DNA of 64,000 nucleotides from Saccostrea echinata (Eukaryota), in contig NW_026889803.1 of assembly GCF_033153115.1 (NCBI RefSeq), positions 2,914,001-2,978,000 of the forward strand. The letters run 5' to 3'. Position numbers and translations under genes: made by a program. Of this stretch, positions 14,061 through 26,700 are shown piece by piece (the first letter of the stretch is position 1; each line of letters starts with the position of its first letter). The notes under the pieces are model-generated. The model had not been told where the DNA came from and searched no databases. It saw only the letters and a program-made list of their open reading frames with translations.

Positions 14061-14111
14061 TTTGTTTGTATATTGTTTAACGTCCCTCTCGAGAATTTTT
14101 CACTCATATGA
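14061..14111 (-). mobile_element. 5'-truncated SINE/LINE 3' tail with an 11-bp TSD
   Basis: CGGTTCTAAAG duplicated at 14050-14060 and 14112-14122; the insert matches the tail of the SINE at ~31826-31875. Confidence 0.75.
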
Positions 14112-14410
14112 CGGTTCTAAAGAAGAAGCTAAAAATGTTGACGCAAACCGCACGACGACGAAGACAGATAGCAATAGGTCACCCGAGTGCCTCAGGTGAC
14201 CTTCAAAAGGGAAATAGAAAATATTCAGCAAAAGATGACAAACAACATAATTTTCTGTGTAGCATAACAAGACCATACAATATCTCTTCCATCACCTAGG
14301 CACCATGTTTTCAATCTTCCTAAAATGATCGAATGTAGGACTAATATTATAAGTGTGGTATATAGTGTATACACAGAATGGAAGTGCTTTTTTTCAATGA
14401 GTCAGTTTAT

Positions 14411-14766
14411 AATATTATACTTTTATATAAATTAGTTGAATCTGATTCGTCGAGAAACATTTGTTCAAAAACACTATTACCCACTGAGTAATGAAGCCAC
14501 GCCCTCCAAACATAGCAACAGTCAACATTGCTTGACGACGGTGATATTCAAAAAATATTGACTGCGCAGAATTTATGCGCACAAGGTTCACTTTTATATG
14601 TATCTATATAAAACATTCAGTATAATATAATAAATATTGCATGTAGTTGAGTGTAACATTGAAAATTTTCACCCCTCGAAAACCACTGCCAACCTCTCCT
14701 GCCCCTCGGTTTACAATGGTTTTCTTGGGGTGAAAATTTTCAATGTTACATTTCAATGTTATATAA
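14411..14766. mobile_element. Crypton-like non-autonomous element with a long terminal hairpin
   Basis: Hairpin TGTAACATTGAAAATTTTCACCCC...GGGGTGAAAATTTTCAATGTTACA (~14652-14750); homologous copies at ~40575-40890 and ~50465-50512. Family assignment is inferred from architecture. Confidence 0.55.
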
Positions 14767-14769
14767 TGT

Positions 14770-14960
14770 TCCAGCATTTCGACACTTCACGACCCATTTT
14801 TCTACCTCTAGTTCCAAATCATCAGGAAATGGCAAGTCACATGCATAGCCTGTTTTGATTCCTTCGAAAATTTCATCTGCAGGTTACTCTACATAAGGCG
14901 AGGCCAAGAAATCCACAAACAACGATGAATACTCAGTAGTTTGGTGAAATCTGGAAATCA
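14770..14960 (-). pseudogene. Possible hAT transposase C-terminal remnant
   Basis: Minus frame reads ...PYVE*PADEIFEGIKTGYACDLPFPDDLELEVEKWVVKC, resembling the DLPxPxxLxxExxxW segment of hAT transposases; contains an in-frame stop. Confidence 0.4.
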
Positions 14961-15711
14961 GATGAGAAATGCTAAGTAATAACCAATAATGGCAAAACTA
15001 ATTCTCTATGAAATACTATTCGACTGTTTTAGCTATTTGGATTTCGGAACTTGATTTTCTTGAGCCTTCTTAAAACACTTCTTGTAAACCATAAACCTGT
15101 CATAAGCATTTCCCTCACCTCATCTCAACTATCCTCTTCGTGCCCACTGGCAGGTGAGGCCTCCACCTTCCTGACGACGCCAAGCTATTCCAGCCCATCT
15201 GCAACCGTTCCTGATCTGTAGTTCTTTTCCATGTTGTTTTTGGCCCGTATGTGAAGAAGAATAATGACCTGGTATCATTTTTCAATGTCGAAAAATTACT
15301 CCCGGTTATTATTCTACGTCGAAAAATGTTTGACGTCGAAAAATGACCGTTTTGCCTGTAGAAAAAGTGATATCAGCCTTAAAGTCTGCATACCCTCCTT
15401 GAAGAAAAATGACCCCCGTAGAATAATGAACCCTTGTAGATTTTATTAGGGATATTTTTTTTTTTTATTTTAAAAAGTAAGAATTAATGAATCAAGAGGC
15501 CCTAGGATCAAAATGCTCACCAGAGGTAAACTGGATATAAGATACAGCGATGATCTGTTGTTCTCATTAAATCTTTCAAATGTCTTTTATGATAAAATTG
15601 ACATCTTTAATCGACATCAATGTACACAATGTAGAAATGCGTCCATTCTGATTTGACTGATGTATCAATGTTTTAACAAAGATTTTTCCCTTATTTTCGC
15701 TTATACTATCC

Positions 15712-15738
<27 letters not shown>
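15712..15738. repeat. (AG)n microsatellite
   Basis: Uninterrupted AG run. Confidence 0.9.
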
Positions 15739-15742
<4 letters not shown>

Positions 15743-15784
15743 TTTACAATGTCTATCTACCGGTTAATTAAAAAAAAAAAGATA

Positions 15785-17860
15785 AACAAGAGTCCCAAGG
15801 GGCTTAACGGTCAGCTGAGTATAATACAACAATTTAGAGGATATATATATAGAGTATAAAATAAACTGATAGATGAAGATTTGTAGCCAAATATATAGAG
15901 AAATAGGATGGTCAGGATAAAAAATAATTAGTCTAGTATACAGTCACAACTCATAAATTAAGTTCTAATCTATTCCCAATTTATCACTATCACCATGCAG
16001 ACTACTGTCAAACTACTAGTGCTTCTGTAGTATTTTTAACCCCATATCATAATCTCTCACATTGGCCTCTCTTTGTCTTTGAGGAACAATTAATAAGTTA
16101 TTTTTGCCTCATTTTTATTTATCTATAATCAACAAGTCTACTTGATCATTAAAACTACAAAGGTACTTTTTGTATTAGTCAATAAAAATTCTTGCATAAT
16201 TCACTTCTTCTATTAAGCTTTCAAATAATAATTTACAGTGATTTATTATCAAAAGTGAATGGCAGGGGAATAACTTCTCTCAATAGAATACTAATTAATA
16301 GAGCCCTGGCCAGGATCAGAACACTCGATCAATTGGCCCAGATGTTCAAAAATCTGGTAAAATACCCCTGCTTTTTAAAACTTTTAAACTGTTTGCCTCC
16401 GATATGCCAAGGAGCAGGGAAGATTTTAACAGAAATAATACATTTTCATTACAGATTCAACACACTACCCTACCCTAACACCAGTACCCATGACTAAGGG
16501 TAATGAAATTCATAAATTTGAAAGAGGTACCCTCATCATCATTACTATGCACTTAGTTGAATATTTTCAAAGAATCAACACATTTCCATTATATTATTAA
16601 TAGGCACCCCTCCTCCCCAGAGAAACTCCAGAACCCTTGACCATAAGGACCACAGGTTTTAAAAATTTTGTAAGAAGCACTCTTGCTCATCATTACTATG
16701 CTATTTGTGTATCTGTTCAACACCAAGGAGCAGGCAGGATTATTTAATAGAATTAATGCATTTCACTATATTATAAATAGAGCTCCACACACCAAAACAT
16801 CTGACCCAGGGGCCATGAAACTCACAATTCTGAAAGAAGCACTCTTGCTCATCATTATTATACACTTAGTTTCTTAGCTTTATAAATCAGGAGCAGAAAA
16901 GAATATTTTTCAAAGAAATTATGCTTTTTCACTATATAATCAATAGAGCCCCCACCCCCCTTTTACCAGAACCCCCGATCCTGGGGCTATGAATTTCACA
17001 ATTTTTGGAAGAGGCATCCTTGCTTCTCATAACCATACACCGAGTTTGTTTAAAGTAATACCCAGGAGCAGAGAAGAAGATTTTCAAAGAATTAATGCAT
17101 TTTCACAATATACCGGTAATGAATAGAGCCCCGCCCTATCACCAGAACCAGGGTTGGGGTCAATTACTTTGAAATGTAATTAATACTTTCAAATACATTT
17201 ATAATTTTGTCAATTACTTGCAAATACAATTACATTGATTTTAACAAATGTAATTAATTACTCTCAATTACTTTGAAGAATGTAATTAAATACATATCAA
17301 TTACTTTAGCTTTATTTCCTAAAATTTTGAAGAACAAATACATGATTATTTTGAAGCAGCAATATCATTAAATTTGACCTTTCTTATTGCCCTGGGCAGT
17401 GTGTTTATGCTTTATTAACATTATTAGATATTTAATTATTGAATAAACACAAACGTCTGCCAAACAGTACTGGTATGCATCATGATAAAACACTTTTTTT
17501 TTTAAATATGAAACTTGAAAAAATAAAGTATTTGAACTGTAATTGAAATGTAATTGATAAATACATGACATTTTTGGAATGTATTTAAATACATTCAATT
17601 ACTTGTAATTGAGAACAAACTCAATTACAAATACTTTCAATTACTTTGAAAAAATGTATTTAAATACAGTAAATTACAATTACTTATTTCAATTACCCCA
17701 ACCCTGACCAGAACCCCTGGCCATGGGGCCATGAATTTCATAATTTCGAAAGGGCATTCTGGATCATCATAAGTATGTGCTTAGTTAGTCTGTTTAATAC
17801 CCGGGAGCAGAAAACAAAATTTTTTAAAGATATAATGCACTTTCACTATATGATCTATAT
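15785..17860 (-). mobile_element. Second, truncated copy of the satellite-bearing HINE family
   Basis: End AACAAGAGTCCCAAGGGGCTTAACGGTCAGCTGAGT is homologous to 9742; shares the unique segment (GAAATAGGATGGTCAGG); ~166-bp monomers at ~16280-17860. Confidence 0.75.
17149..17706. mobile_element. hAT-type MITE
   Basis: TIR CAGGGTTGGGGT/ACCCCAACCCTG; perfect 8-bp TSD ACCAGAAC (17141-17148, 17707-17714); many AATTAC/GTAATT subterminal motifs. Confidence 0.9.
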
Positions 17861-17873
17861 AGGAAGAAAAAAT

Positions 17874-20856
17874 AGTTTAGAGAGCTTTGTCATCCCTCAT
17901 ATTCGCTAGATCTCAGCCATTGTGAGATCTTTTTATTCTAAAAATGCATGAAAACAATCAAAGGAAGATTGTACAACATTAGATATGTCATCGAAAGTGA
18001 TATTCATCAGTGTCTTTGGGGCATCCCTAAAGATAGGTATGCTGAGGTTTTCTGGTCATGGGTACATGTGTAAAGGAAAACAGGGAATGCGTTGAGGGAT
18101 ATATCGATTGGAAATGTTTTGAATATGTATTACGCACTTTTCTTACTTTTAGATGACCTATTGCATTATTTATTGAACGACCCTCGTATCTTAAAATCTA
18201 TTTTAAATTGTTGATTCTTATTTGTATATCAAATATATGCATTCTAAGCCATGATTGGATCACAGTAATTTCAGTTTATTACACAAGATATCATAGGTTT
18301 ACTCGATTTCTTTTCTTCGGAAACGCTTTTGCTGCTAACAGGCAACTTATTAGAATTATACATTGTGTTGATACACGGATTAATTCTTCAATGAAATATA
18401 AAAAGCAACTATGTGATTAATTGACATTAGATTGTTATCCAAATTTACTTGCTTACAAAATTTCCCCTTATTCTACAAGGTTTCACTTTTTAGGATGTAT
18501 TTTAGGTATATGAAAATGACATTGGTCTATAAGTATTTGGTAAACTTTTTATCTTTATTACTTTCGAAGGAAAATGCACCAATTATAAGCATTACCTGAA
18601 AATACATCAATTTTTATAAGAAAAAGAGTGAAAATCAGCTCTGATCATCTAAAAAGGTAGAATGAAATATTTAGCATATTTTAGAGAAATAAGATCTGTG
18701 AAAGTTGATCTCTTGAAACCTTTCTTTATTTGTAGTTCATTTATATAAAAGTTGTTGCAATTAGTATAACTTTAATCCCTGAAATCATCAAAAAAGAACT
18801 GGTGTCTGAAATTGTATAAATAAAAATAAACGAGAATGTCGAATATATCCGCCAATTATTTTTCGCATACATTCAATTTTGTCAGATCTATATTGTTTCA
18901 TATAGTCATGTCTATAAAATAAAGGGTAGACTCTAACTTCTTCTAGTTATTTGTTTAAACAGATTAGAGTATGCATGAACACGTCAATACATTGGCAAGA
19001 AACGCCATACTGAATGTGCGGCAATACAATTAAGTTATTGCTTCCACTTCCTCGGATTTATTTCTCTTTGTCACTTTTATTTTTAGATATTTCAAGACTA
19101 AAGAATATTATGCAGGTACATTGTATATATTTTCTGGAAGTAATCAAAACATCAAGAATGCTTGGTAATAAATAACATGTACATCAAATTTTTGTTCGCT
19201 TCTCCTAATACAGGGTCTTATTTCGCTTTCAAGATTGCTTAAGAGAATGTAACGATGATTGGGTACAGTGCAAATGTGATCGCCATTTTTGTGTTTGCAT
19301 ATGAGAAGTGTGATCGTCGAACGTCGGCAGATTCAGAACGCACGTGTACGGTACCCCCAACCACAACCCCCCACCCCCGATGTAAAATGGAAATCTTAAC
19401 AGGCCAAAAAGCGGTGATATATACTATAGAATGTTGTTTTAGGTGAATTGTGGATTAAGTACAGATATATTACCTATTTTTGAAGAAATTGTATTAGATA
19501 TGTTGACTCTACAGGTTTCTCAAATGTAGGTTGAACCTAAAGAAGAAGAATATAAATTTTTTTACAGTAAAACCAATGTCTGCATCAAAACATGCAAAAA
19601 AGGCAACATTTCTGAAATATGTTGGCAAAATATGGGTTAAGGTTAGAAATCAACGAACTATGCCCGATAAACAATTCAGTATCATTGAGTAAATTTGGCA
19701 GTGTCCAAGTAGTCAGGATAAAATTATTACCAAATACTTATAGACCAATGTCATTTTCATATACCTAAAATACATCCTAAAAAGTGAAACCTTGTAGAAT
19801 AAGGGGAAATTTTGTAAGCAAGTAAATTTGGATAACAATCTAATGTCAATTAATCACATAGTTGCTTTTTATATTTCATTGAAGAATTAATCCGTGTATC
19901 AACACAATGTATAATTCTAATAAGTTGCCTGTTAGCAGCAAAAGCGTTTCCGAAGAAAAGAAATCAAGTAAACCTATGATATCTTGTGTAATAAACTGAA
20001 ATTACTGTGATCCAATCATGGCTTAGAATGCATATATTTGATATACAAATAAGAATCAACAATTTAAAATAGATTTTAAGATACGAGGGTCGTTCAATAA
20101 ATAATGCAATAGGTCATCTAAAAGTAAGAAAAGTGCGTAATACATATTCAAAACATTTCCAATCGATATATCCCTCAACGCATTCCCTGTTTTCCTTTAC
20201 ACATGTACTCATGACCAGAAAACCTCAGTATACCCATCTTTAGGGATGCCCCAAAGACACTGATGAATATCACTTTCGATGACATATCTAATATTATTAT
20301 ATGATTGAATAATTTCCCTCTTTCTGATTGGCTGAGATCCAACAATGTTAGAAAAATACTACGTTATATTGACCTACACGTGACCTTCCAGGTCAATATA
20401 AGGAATTATTGCAGGTCAATATAATGAATCACGTGACCTTCCAGGTCAATATAAGGAATTATTGCAGGTCAATATCATGAATTATTCCTGTTCCATTTTT
20501 TCATGTTACAATGTGTTCTTGTTGAAATTTCTCGTTAAAACTTTCAATTAAAGCAAAAAAAAACAGTCTTGTAGGAGTTTGCTATCATTTAATCATATAA
20601 TAAAACAGTTATTGCTGTTTTTTTGAGGTCAATACGATGATTTAGACACCTTCGAAGTACAATATTCACCTCGCCCTTCGGGCTCGGTGAATATTGTACT
20701 CCTCAGGTGTCTAAATCATCGTATTGACCTCAAAAACCAGCAATAATTGTATATTGTACAATCTTCCTTTGATTGTTTTCATGCATTTTTAGAATAAAAA
20801 GATCTCACAATGGCTGAGATCTAGCGAATATGAGGGATGATAAAGCTCTGTAAACT
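17874..20856. repeat. Long inverted duplication (arms ~17874-18555 and ~19715-20856)
   Basis: About 680 bp of near-identical reverse-complement sequence; the right arm carries an extra 460-bp insertion. Confidence 0.9.
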
Positions 20857-21891
20857 TTCTTTTCTTTAGAATTTCATTTATTTCTATTTACTTATTTGCA
20901 GCGGCGTTGCCAGGTGCAAGAAAATTACCCTGGAGAAGGTATTTGGACTTCCTTTGCAGGAAAGCTATTTAACTTCCCTCAGTGCAATATGAACATAAAA
21001 GTTACTATTGATGGTTCTTCCTTCGGGTGTATCTACATGTTTTACTGGACCTCTTGAAAAAAAATGAAAACTAATAAAACAAGCTTGGAGCACTTGTTTC
21101 TCTTTACAATAATAAGATAAGAACGATAGCTTTTTCTTTGATTTCACATTTTATTACTGATCTTTCTTTTTGGCTTTAAAAAGTGCGTCCATATTTCGTC
21201 AGGTTTCGTCATCCATCACGCAAATTCAAGAATTCTTCTATTTTGTTAAAATATTTGTTTTCATGTAGACTGTTGGTACATTTAATGCGTATTTTTTTTC
21301 TTGGGCAATTTTAAGAAAATAAGGCACATATCTGATAGAAATATCATTATTTTCATTTCCGTTGTCATAATTCTATAAAATGTTATGACGATGAAATGCT
21401 TAGTGTTCTAGCAATGTCTTTGGATGTAAATCTGACATTTTCAGATATCATGTTGCACATTGCATCGATAATTTTTGGTGTCCCTAGAAATTTCAATCGA
21501 CCAGTTTGACTTTTATATTTTAACTCTCCTTTTTTACTTCTGAATATCTGAATCAATCTGAAAACTATACAGCGGTAAAGACTATTCTTTCCACATATAA
21601 AAATTATATCTTTAATTTGAGTTCTTCGGCGATTTATGTAAAGAAACACAGTTTTCACATACGCTCTCATTTTCATTTCTTGGCAGAGTTCATATTACAC
21701 AGTTTTCAGCTCAGTGTAGTGACCATGCATACTTTAAAAGTGAATTTCTTTGCGAGGACAATAGGAAAAATCATGGGGTTTTCTGTGATTAGCTCTTTAA
21801 CCGAACGTTTCAACTGTGAAAAAATGAAATTAAATAGATCTACATTTGCTATGATATAACGTTTGTTGCATTATTTATTGAACGACCCTCG
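20084..21891 (-). mobile_element. Decayed Tc1/mariner transposon
   Basis: 26-bp perfect TIR CGAGGGTCGTTCAATAAATAATGCAA with TA flanks; minus-strand remnant 21383-21676 (..QTGRLKFLGTPKIIDAMCNMISENVRFTSKDIARTLSISS) resembles the mariner HTH-GRP-HTH region. Confidence 0.85.
20296..20755. mobile_element. Crypton-like 460-bp element with a ~145-bp palindrome
   Basis: Absent from the duplicated left arm; bounded by an ATATT direct repeat (20291-20295, 20751-20755); hairpin ~20605-20750 capped by C-TTCG-G; internal ~53-bp tandem duplication at ~20377-20480. Confidence 0.75.
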
Positions 21892-22464
21892 TAAGGTTCT
21901 TTGAATCAATGTTTGTTGGGTAGAAAATGTTTCACTCTTACCTTTTTTTTGTTAATATATTCCCAGTATTTGTGTAAAATTCAAAAATGCAAACAGTTTA
22001 CACATCATGGTATTCAGACATCCAGACAAACGTTGAAAAAACATCTTTCTAAAAACTTTGGATCAGGTGAGCGTTGATTAATTCATAAACATGTAAGACA
22101 ACAACACTAACAAACTGCTTGCATATCGAAGCATATTTTGGTGCGCACTATAATTATTTGACATTTTGCGACATTGGGTGGCATTTAGAAGTTGTTACTA
22201 TGAAGAATAGTTTGAAAGGTAAGCTTAAAAAATTGTTGAATTAAATTATTTGTTTGCTTTTTTAAATTAAAAATGCCAGAGGAATTATTTTTTTAGCTGC
22301 GCAATATATTTTCTACTTAATATATGCTTTTGTTATTACTGAGCATTGAGTTAAAAAAAATTCAAAATTTAAAATGGGTAATTGCACGAAGATTTAAGAA
22401 ATTTTGTTAAAGGAATGTAGTATGTTAATTTTTTTTTATTAAAATATAAGATTTGTCTTCAGTG

Positions 22465-23184
22465 CAGGGGTGTGCAATTCGCATCGCCCGACGCCCGGGG
22501 CTACCATTTTTTGGGGTCGGGCAAGTAGTTTTCTGCACGGAGGTAGCCCCTTGGGCTAGTAAAAATTAAAACTACCAATATAATACATGAAAATCACTAT
22601 CGGTATTTTCTCTCATTTTTTGCTATAAAATTCTAAAGCAATGAAAATTTTCGGCAGCATGCACCTATTGTTCGTAAATCTCCATAATCTTATCCATTTT
22701 GCGGTACTACCTGACTTATTTACTTCCAAAAACGATCGTTTTTATCTAATCCGATTTTCCTCTATTCCTCTGTTTATGGTAAATACACATGCAGATATCT
22801 CATTAAATTATTTACGATCACTCAATCAATTGAAAGATAAGTGTTATGTGGTTTACATAAAATATACTCCGGCGTGTTTAATGATTTAAGATGAAAAAAA
22901 ATATTGTAATTTCATTTTAGATAAGATAATTTATTTGAATTCATTTTTATTTTCTATCATAATTATTAATTTATACATCATTTAATTTTACTAGTTAGAA
23001 TAAAAAAGAATCACATTAAAACCCTAGCTGACTTTTTCAACAATAAACTATTTTCTTTTAATATTATTGTTACCCCCCCCCCTCCCCTACATTTGGGCTA
23101 GTAACTTTTTACTTGGGGCTAGTAACTTTATTTCTGCCACTAGCCCGTGGGCCAGTGCTTAATTTTTTTAATTGCACACCCCTG
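22465..23184. mobile_element. hAT-like MITE with a 5-bp TSD
   Basis: 15-bp perfect TIR CAGGGGTGTGCAATT; CAGTG duplicated at 22460-22464 and 23185-23189; GGGCTAGT subterminal repeats. Confidence 0.85.
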
Positions 23185-23774
23185 CAGTGTAATATGTACC
23201 GGTATGTATTGAGATAAAAACCCGTCTACATGTATATCAAAACCCTCTTATAGCAAAGAGTTTGGTTTGGTTTAAAACTAATTCATAATATCCGTTAAAA
23301 CTAGGGGGAATGAAAATCACTTCCCTATCATTATGAAGTCATAATAAGCGTGTTCGCTGCAACTGTGATTCACTGTATTTTCTATTATTATAATGTTGCG
23401 ATACGTTAACGTGCACGCATCTCCCTGCATTTACATGATATAGTATCATAACGTTGGAACACATTATAATTATCATAACTTGTCCTTTTTTAAAGTAAGA
23501 AAGTTATAGCGATTCAAGTTTCAGTAAATCAAATTACAGAACATGTGCATGCGCGTGTTTTGAAGAATTTTTGTAAATATCATATTGCATAAAAAATAAT
23601 AGAGTTCATTTATTTCAATTATATTAGTGATGTGATTCATCGCACGCACGTGCGAGCAAAATCACTTTCGTTCTGCACAACTTCTGTACATGTCTGTTGA
23701 CCCTAAAAAGATTTCATCTCCACCGGATGAATAGTTTCCAAAAACACTCTCGGACAAAAATAAGAAAAAGTAAA

Positions 23775-26700
23775 AACTAGATGCTGTCATTAGACAATAA
23801 TACCCGCATAAGTGCTTGCCTCAAAGTGAAAGCTGGCTCCCTTGTACTTTGGTAGAGAGGAAGCCATAAAAGACAACCATTCTATAATTTACATGAACTA
23901 TGTATACGTGTTATCAAACTGTGCATAAAAATATGACCCACGATCATCTTATGTTAGTATTTCATATAATGAATTCATCATAGTTTTGAAATTCAAAATT
24001 TTACTGAAGTAAATTCTGATTTTTGGGAAAAATGCTTTTCTGTAACAAAAAAAAAAAGAAGAAAAAGAAAAGAAAAAAGAAAGGAAAGAAGAAGACGAAG
24101 GAAAAAATCGGCCCAAAATTGGAACTTGATGAGTTTGTTGTCCAACTAGATAATATTCTTTTCAATGCATGACAATTCTGATGAAATTTCAGATGCCATT
24201 TAGATGACATTTTTTTTCCAAAATGAATTATTCAAACTTGTATCAACATGGGGAGGGGGGGGGGTTCCAAACTCAAGGAATCAACCAAATATACATTCAT
24301 CTCAAATTCACAATTCATCTGTTTTCCTATCATATTTGACCTTTAGACACCATAACAGCTGCTTTTTCAATAAAAATGGAACTTATAAATTTACTTACAT
24401 TTGTCATTGGTCATTTTAAAAAAAAATTAAAGCACATGTACTCCGAAGTTGATATTAAAAAGATGCTTCTGATTAACAATATTTATGTAGTTTTTGGAGG
24501 ACGCCTTACAACAATCTGTTGGAATTCCCATGTGTTCTAATTGCGGCCTGTCATGGCAGACCATACATGTATGAAGCAAAATTCATTCAAAAACTTCTAC
24601 ATGAAAAGAAGAAATCTCTTGCTGTGGCCTTTAATTCAACATTTTAGATATATCGACAATGTTTTTCAATTAACAATATTCATTTTGATTCCTACGTCGA
24701 TTCTATATATCCCTTTGAACTAGAAATAAGACACCACAGAGTCTGAAACATCCGTTTCATATTTGGATATTTTACTAGAAAAAGACATTAATAGTAACCT
24801 AACAACTATATGATAAACATGACTTCAACTTTTTTATCGTCAGATTCCCTTATTTATGTAGCAAAATACCATTATCATCTGCATATGAAGTTTATGTCTC
24901 CCAGTTGATTCGAAACCTAAGAGCATGCTATATGTAAGAACAATTTTTAAATCAAGGCAAGTTATTGACAAATAAAGTGATGATACATGGATATCAACAG
25001 TCTCTTTTAAATTCAACATTTTACAAATTTTATGGCCGATCCAATGACCTCGTCAGCAAATTCAATCTATCATTAAATCGAATGTTGACTGGCGTGTTCC
25101 ATATATATTATTAGGCCATTATTTTGTACTGAATTGTCTACGGATTTTTCCGTTTGCCCGATCATGACAAGGAGCACACCAGGTAGGCGTGACGAGTCGA
25201 CAGGGGGTATTTGTACGCCTCCATGGCACCTGATTCCACCTCTGATGTTTCTAGAGGTCCGCCTTTGTTCTGCTCCCAATTTGTTTTGTTCCAATGGACT
25301 TTTGAACTTGAATACGGTTTGCTATCTTCACATTTCATAGTATTTAGGACATAAATCTTTGAGCTCATCATCATTCGACTTGCAATAGATGATATGATTA
25401 AAATGTAAGAGCAGTTCTGGGAACCAGCTTTTTGTAAGCTTAAATAAAAAAGTCCTTTTTCGACCCCCGATTTGGCCCAAGGTTGAAAAATTAAAATTCC
25501 AAAACCTTATTGCACATCTGCAGGACACCCCCAATCATCTTGCAAAAGATGAAATACGTACTGTGTAAAAGGCATGAAGAATTCTGTGAAACAGTTTTTT
25601 TAAATAAAAAAAATGTCTTTTTTCGATCCCAAGGGTGAAAATAAAAATTCTGAAACCTACGTGCAGTGCACATCATCTACATAACACCCCACTTATCCTG
25701 CAAAAAGATGAGATAACTGCTTCGTAAAATGTAAGAGAAGTTCTGGGAACCAGCTTTTTGTAAGTTAAAACGGACATCCTTTTTGACCCACATTTAACCC
25801 CCAGATAGAAAATGAAAATTCCAAAACCTTATTGCACATCAACAGGACACGAGCAATCATCTTCCAAAAAAAATTATTTATCTACTGTGTAAAATGTAAG
25901 AAGAGTTATGGGAACCATCATTTTGTAGAAAAAAATGGCATTTTCCCCATTTGACCCTAGGGTGAAAATGAAAATTTCGAAATAGTACAAATGTACTGCA
26001 CTTCTGCGTGACACCAACAATCCAATCATTTTCCAAAAGATGATATGGCGACATAAAATGAAAGAGGAGTTCTGGGAACCAAGTTATTGTAGAAAAAACA
26101 TGATTTTTGACCCCCCTTTGGTCCCCAGGGTAAATTGAAAATTCCAAAACCTTATTGCAAATTTACAGAACACCATCTACATAATCCAAAGGATTAACTG
26201 GATTCTTTTTTAAGACTCCTCTTACAGTTTACGCAGTATCCAAATTATCCTTTGGACGATGATTGGTGTTGTCCTGTAGATGTGCAATAAGGTTTTGGAT
26301 TTTTCTTTTTAATCCTGGGGCCTATTACATTTTACGCAGTAGCCAATCAATCTTTTGGAAGATGATTGTTGGTGTCCTGTAGATGTGCTGCAAAAAAGTT
26401 TTCGAAATTTTCAACCAGGGGGTCAATTTAGAGTTGAAAAAAAGACGTTTTTTCAATTAAAAAAAAACCCTTGTTCCCAGAACTCCTCTTACATTTAGCG
26501 CAATAGATAAATGATCTTTTGGAAGATGATTGCTGGTGTCATGTAGACGTGCATTTTCAATTTGAATCTGGGGACCAATAAGGGTTTGAAAAAGATGCAA
26601 AAAAATCTAGTTCTCAGTGCATTGGGTCTTGTGTAGAAAGAATATATTTTCTTTATGGATTTGAATTTCAACCATTCTTATACTTGCACTTTGTAAAGAT

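Larger units (their letters stand above)
9742..14206 (-). mobile_element. Helentron-associated (HINE/Pearl-like) element carrying ~166-bp oyster satellite-like monomers, interrupted by three nested insertions
   Basis: One end is CAAGAGGTCCAAGGGCCTT...GATCACCTGAGT; the other is the hairpin AGGTCACCCGAGTGCCTCAGGTGACCT (14176-14202) next to a GAC-type microsatellite. Monomers (AGAAGAAGATTTT...AATGCATTTTCACTAT...CACCAGAACCCCTGACCCAGGGGCCATGAATTT) recur every ~165-175 bp at ~10940-11638 and 13379-13990. Confidence 0.8.

Noticed and set aside
15115-15240. Minus-strand ATG in good context (AAACAACATGG) with a downstream GTGAGG donor
   Set aside because: Two in-frame stops; at best a TE-derived relic
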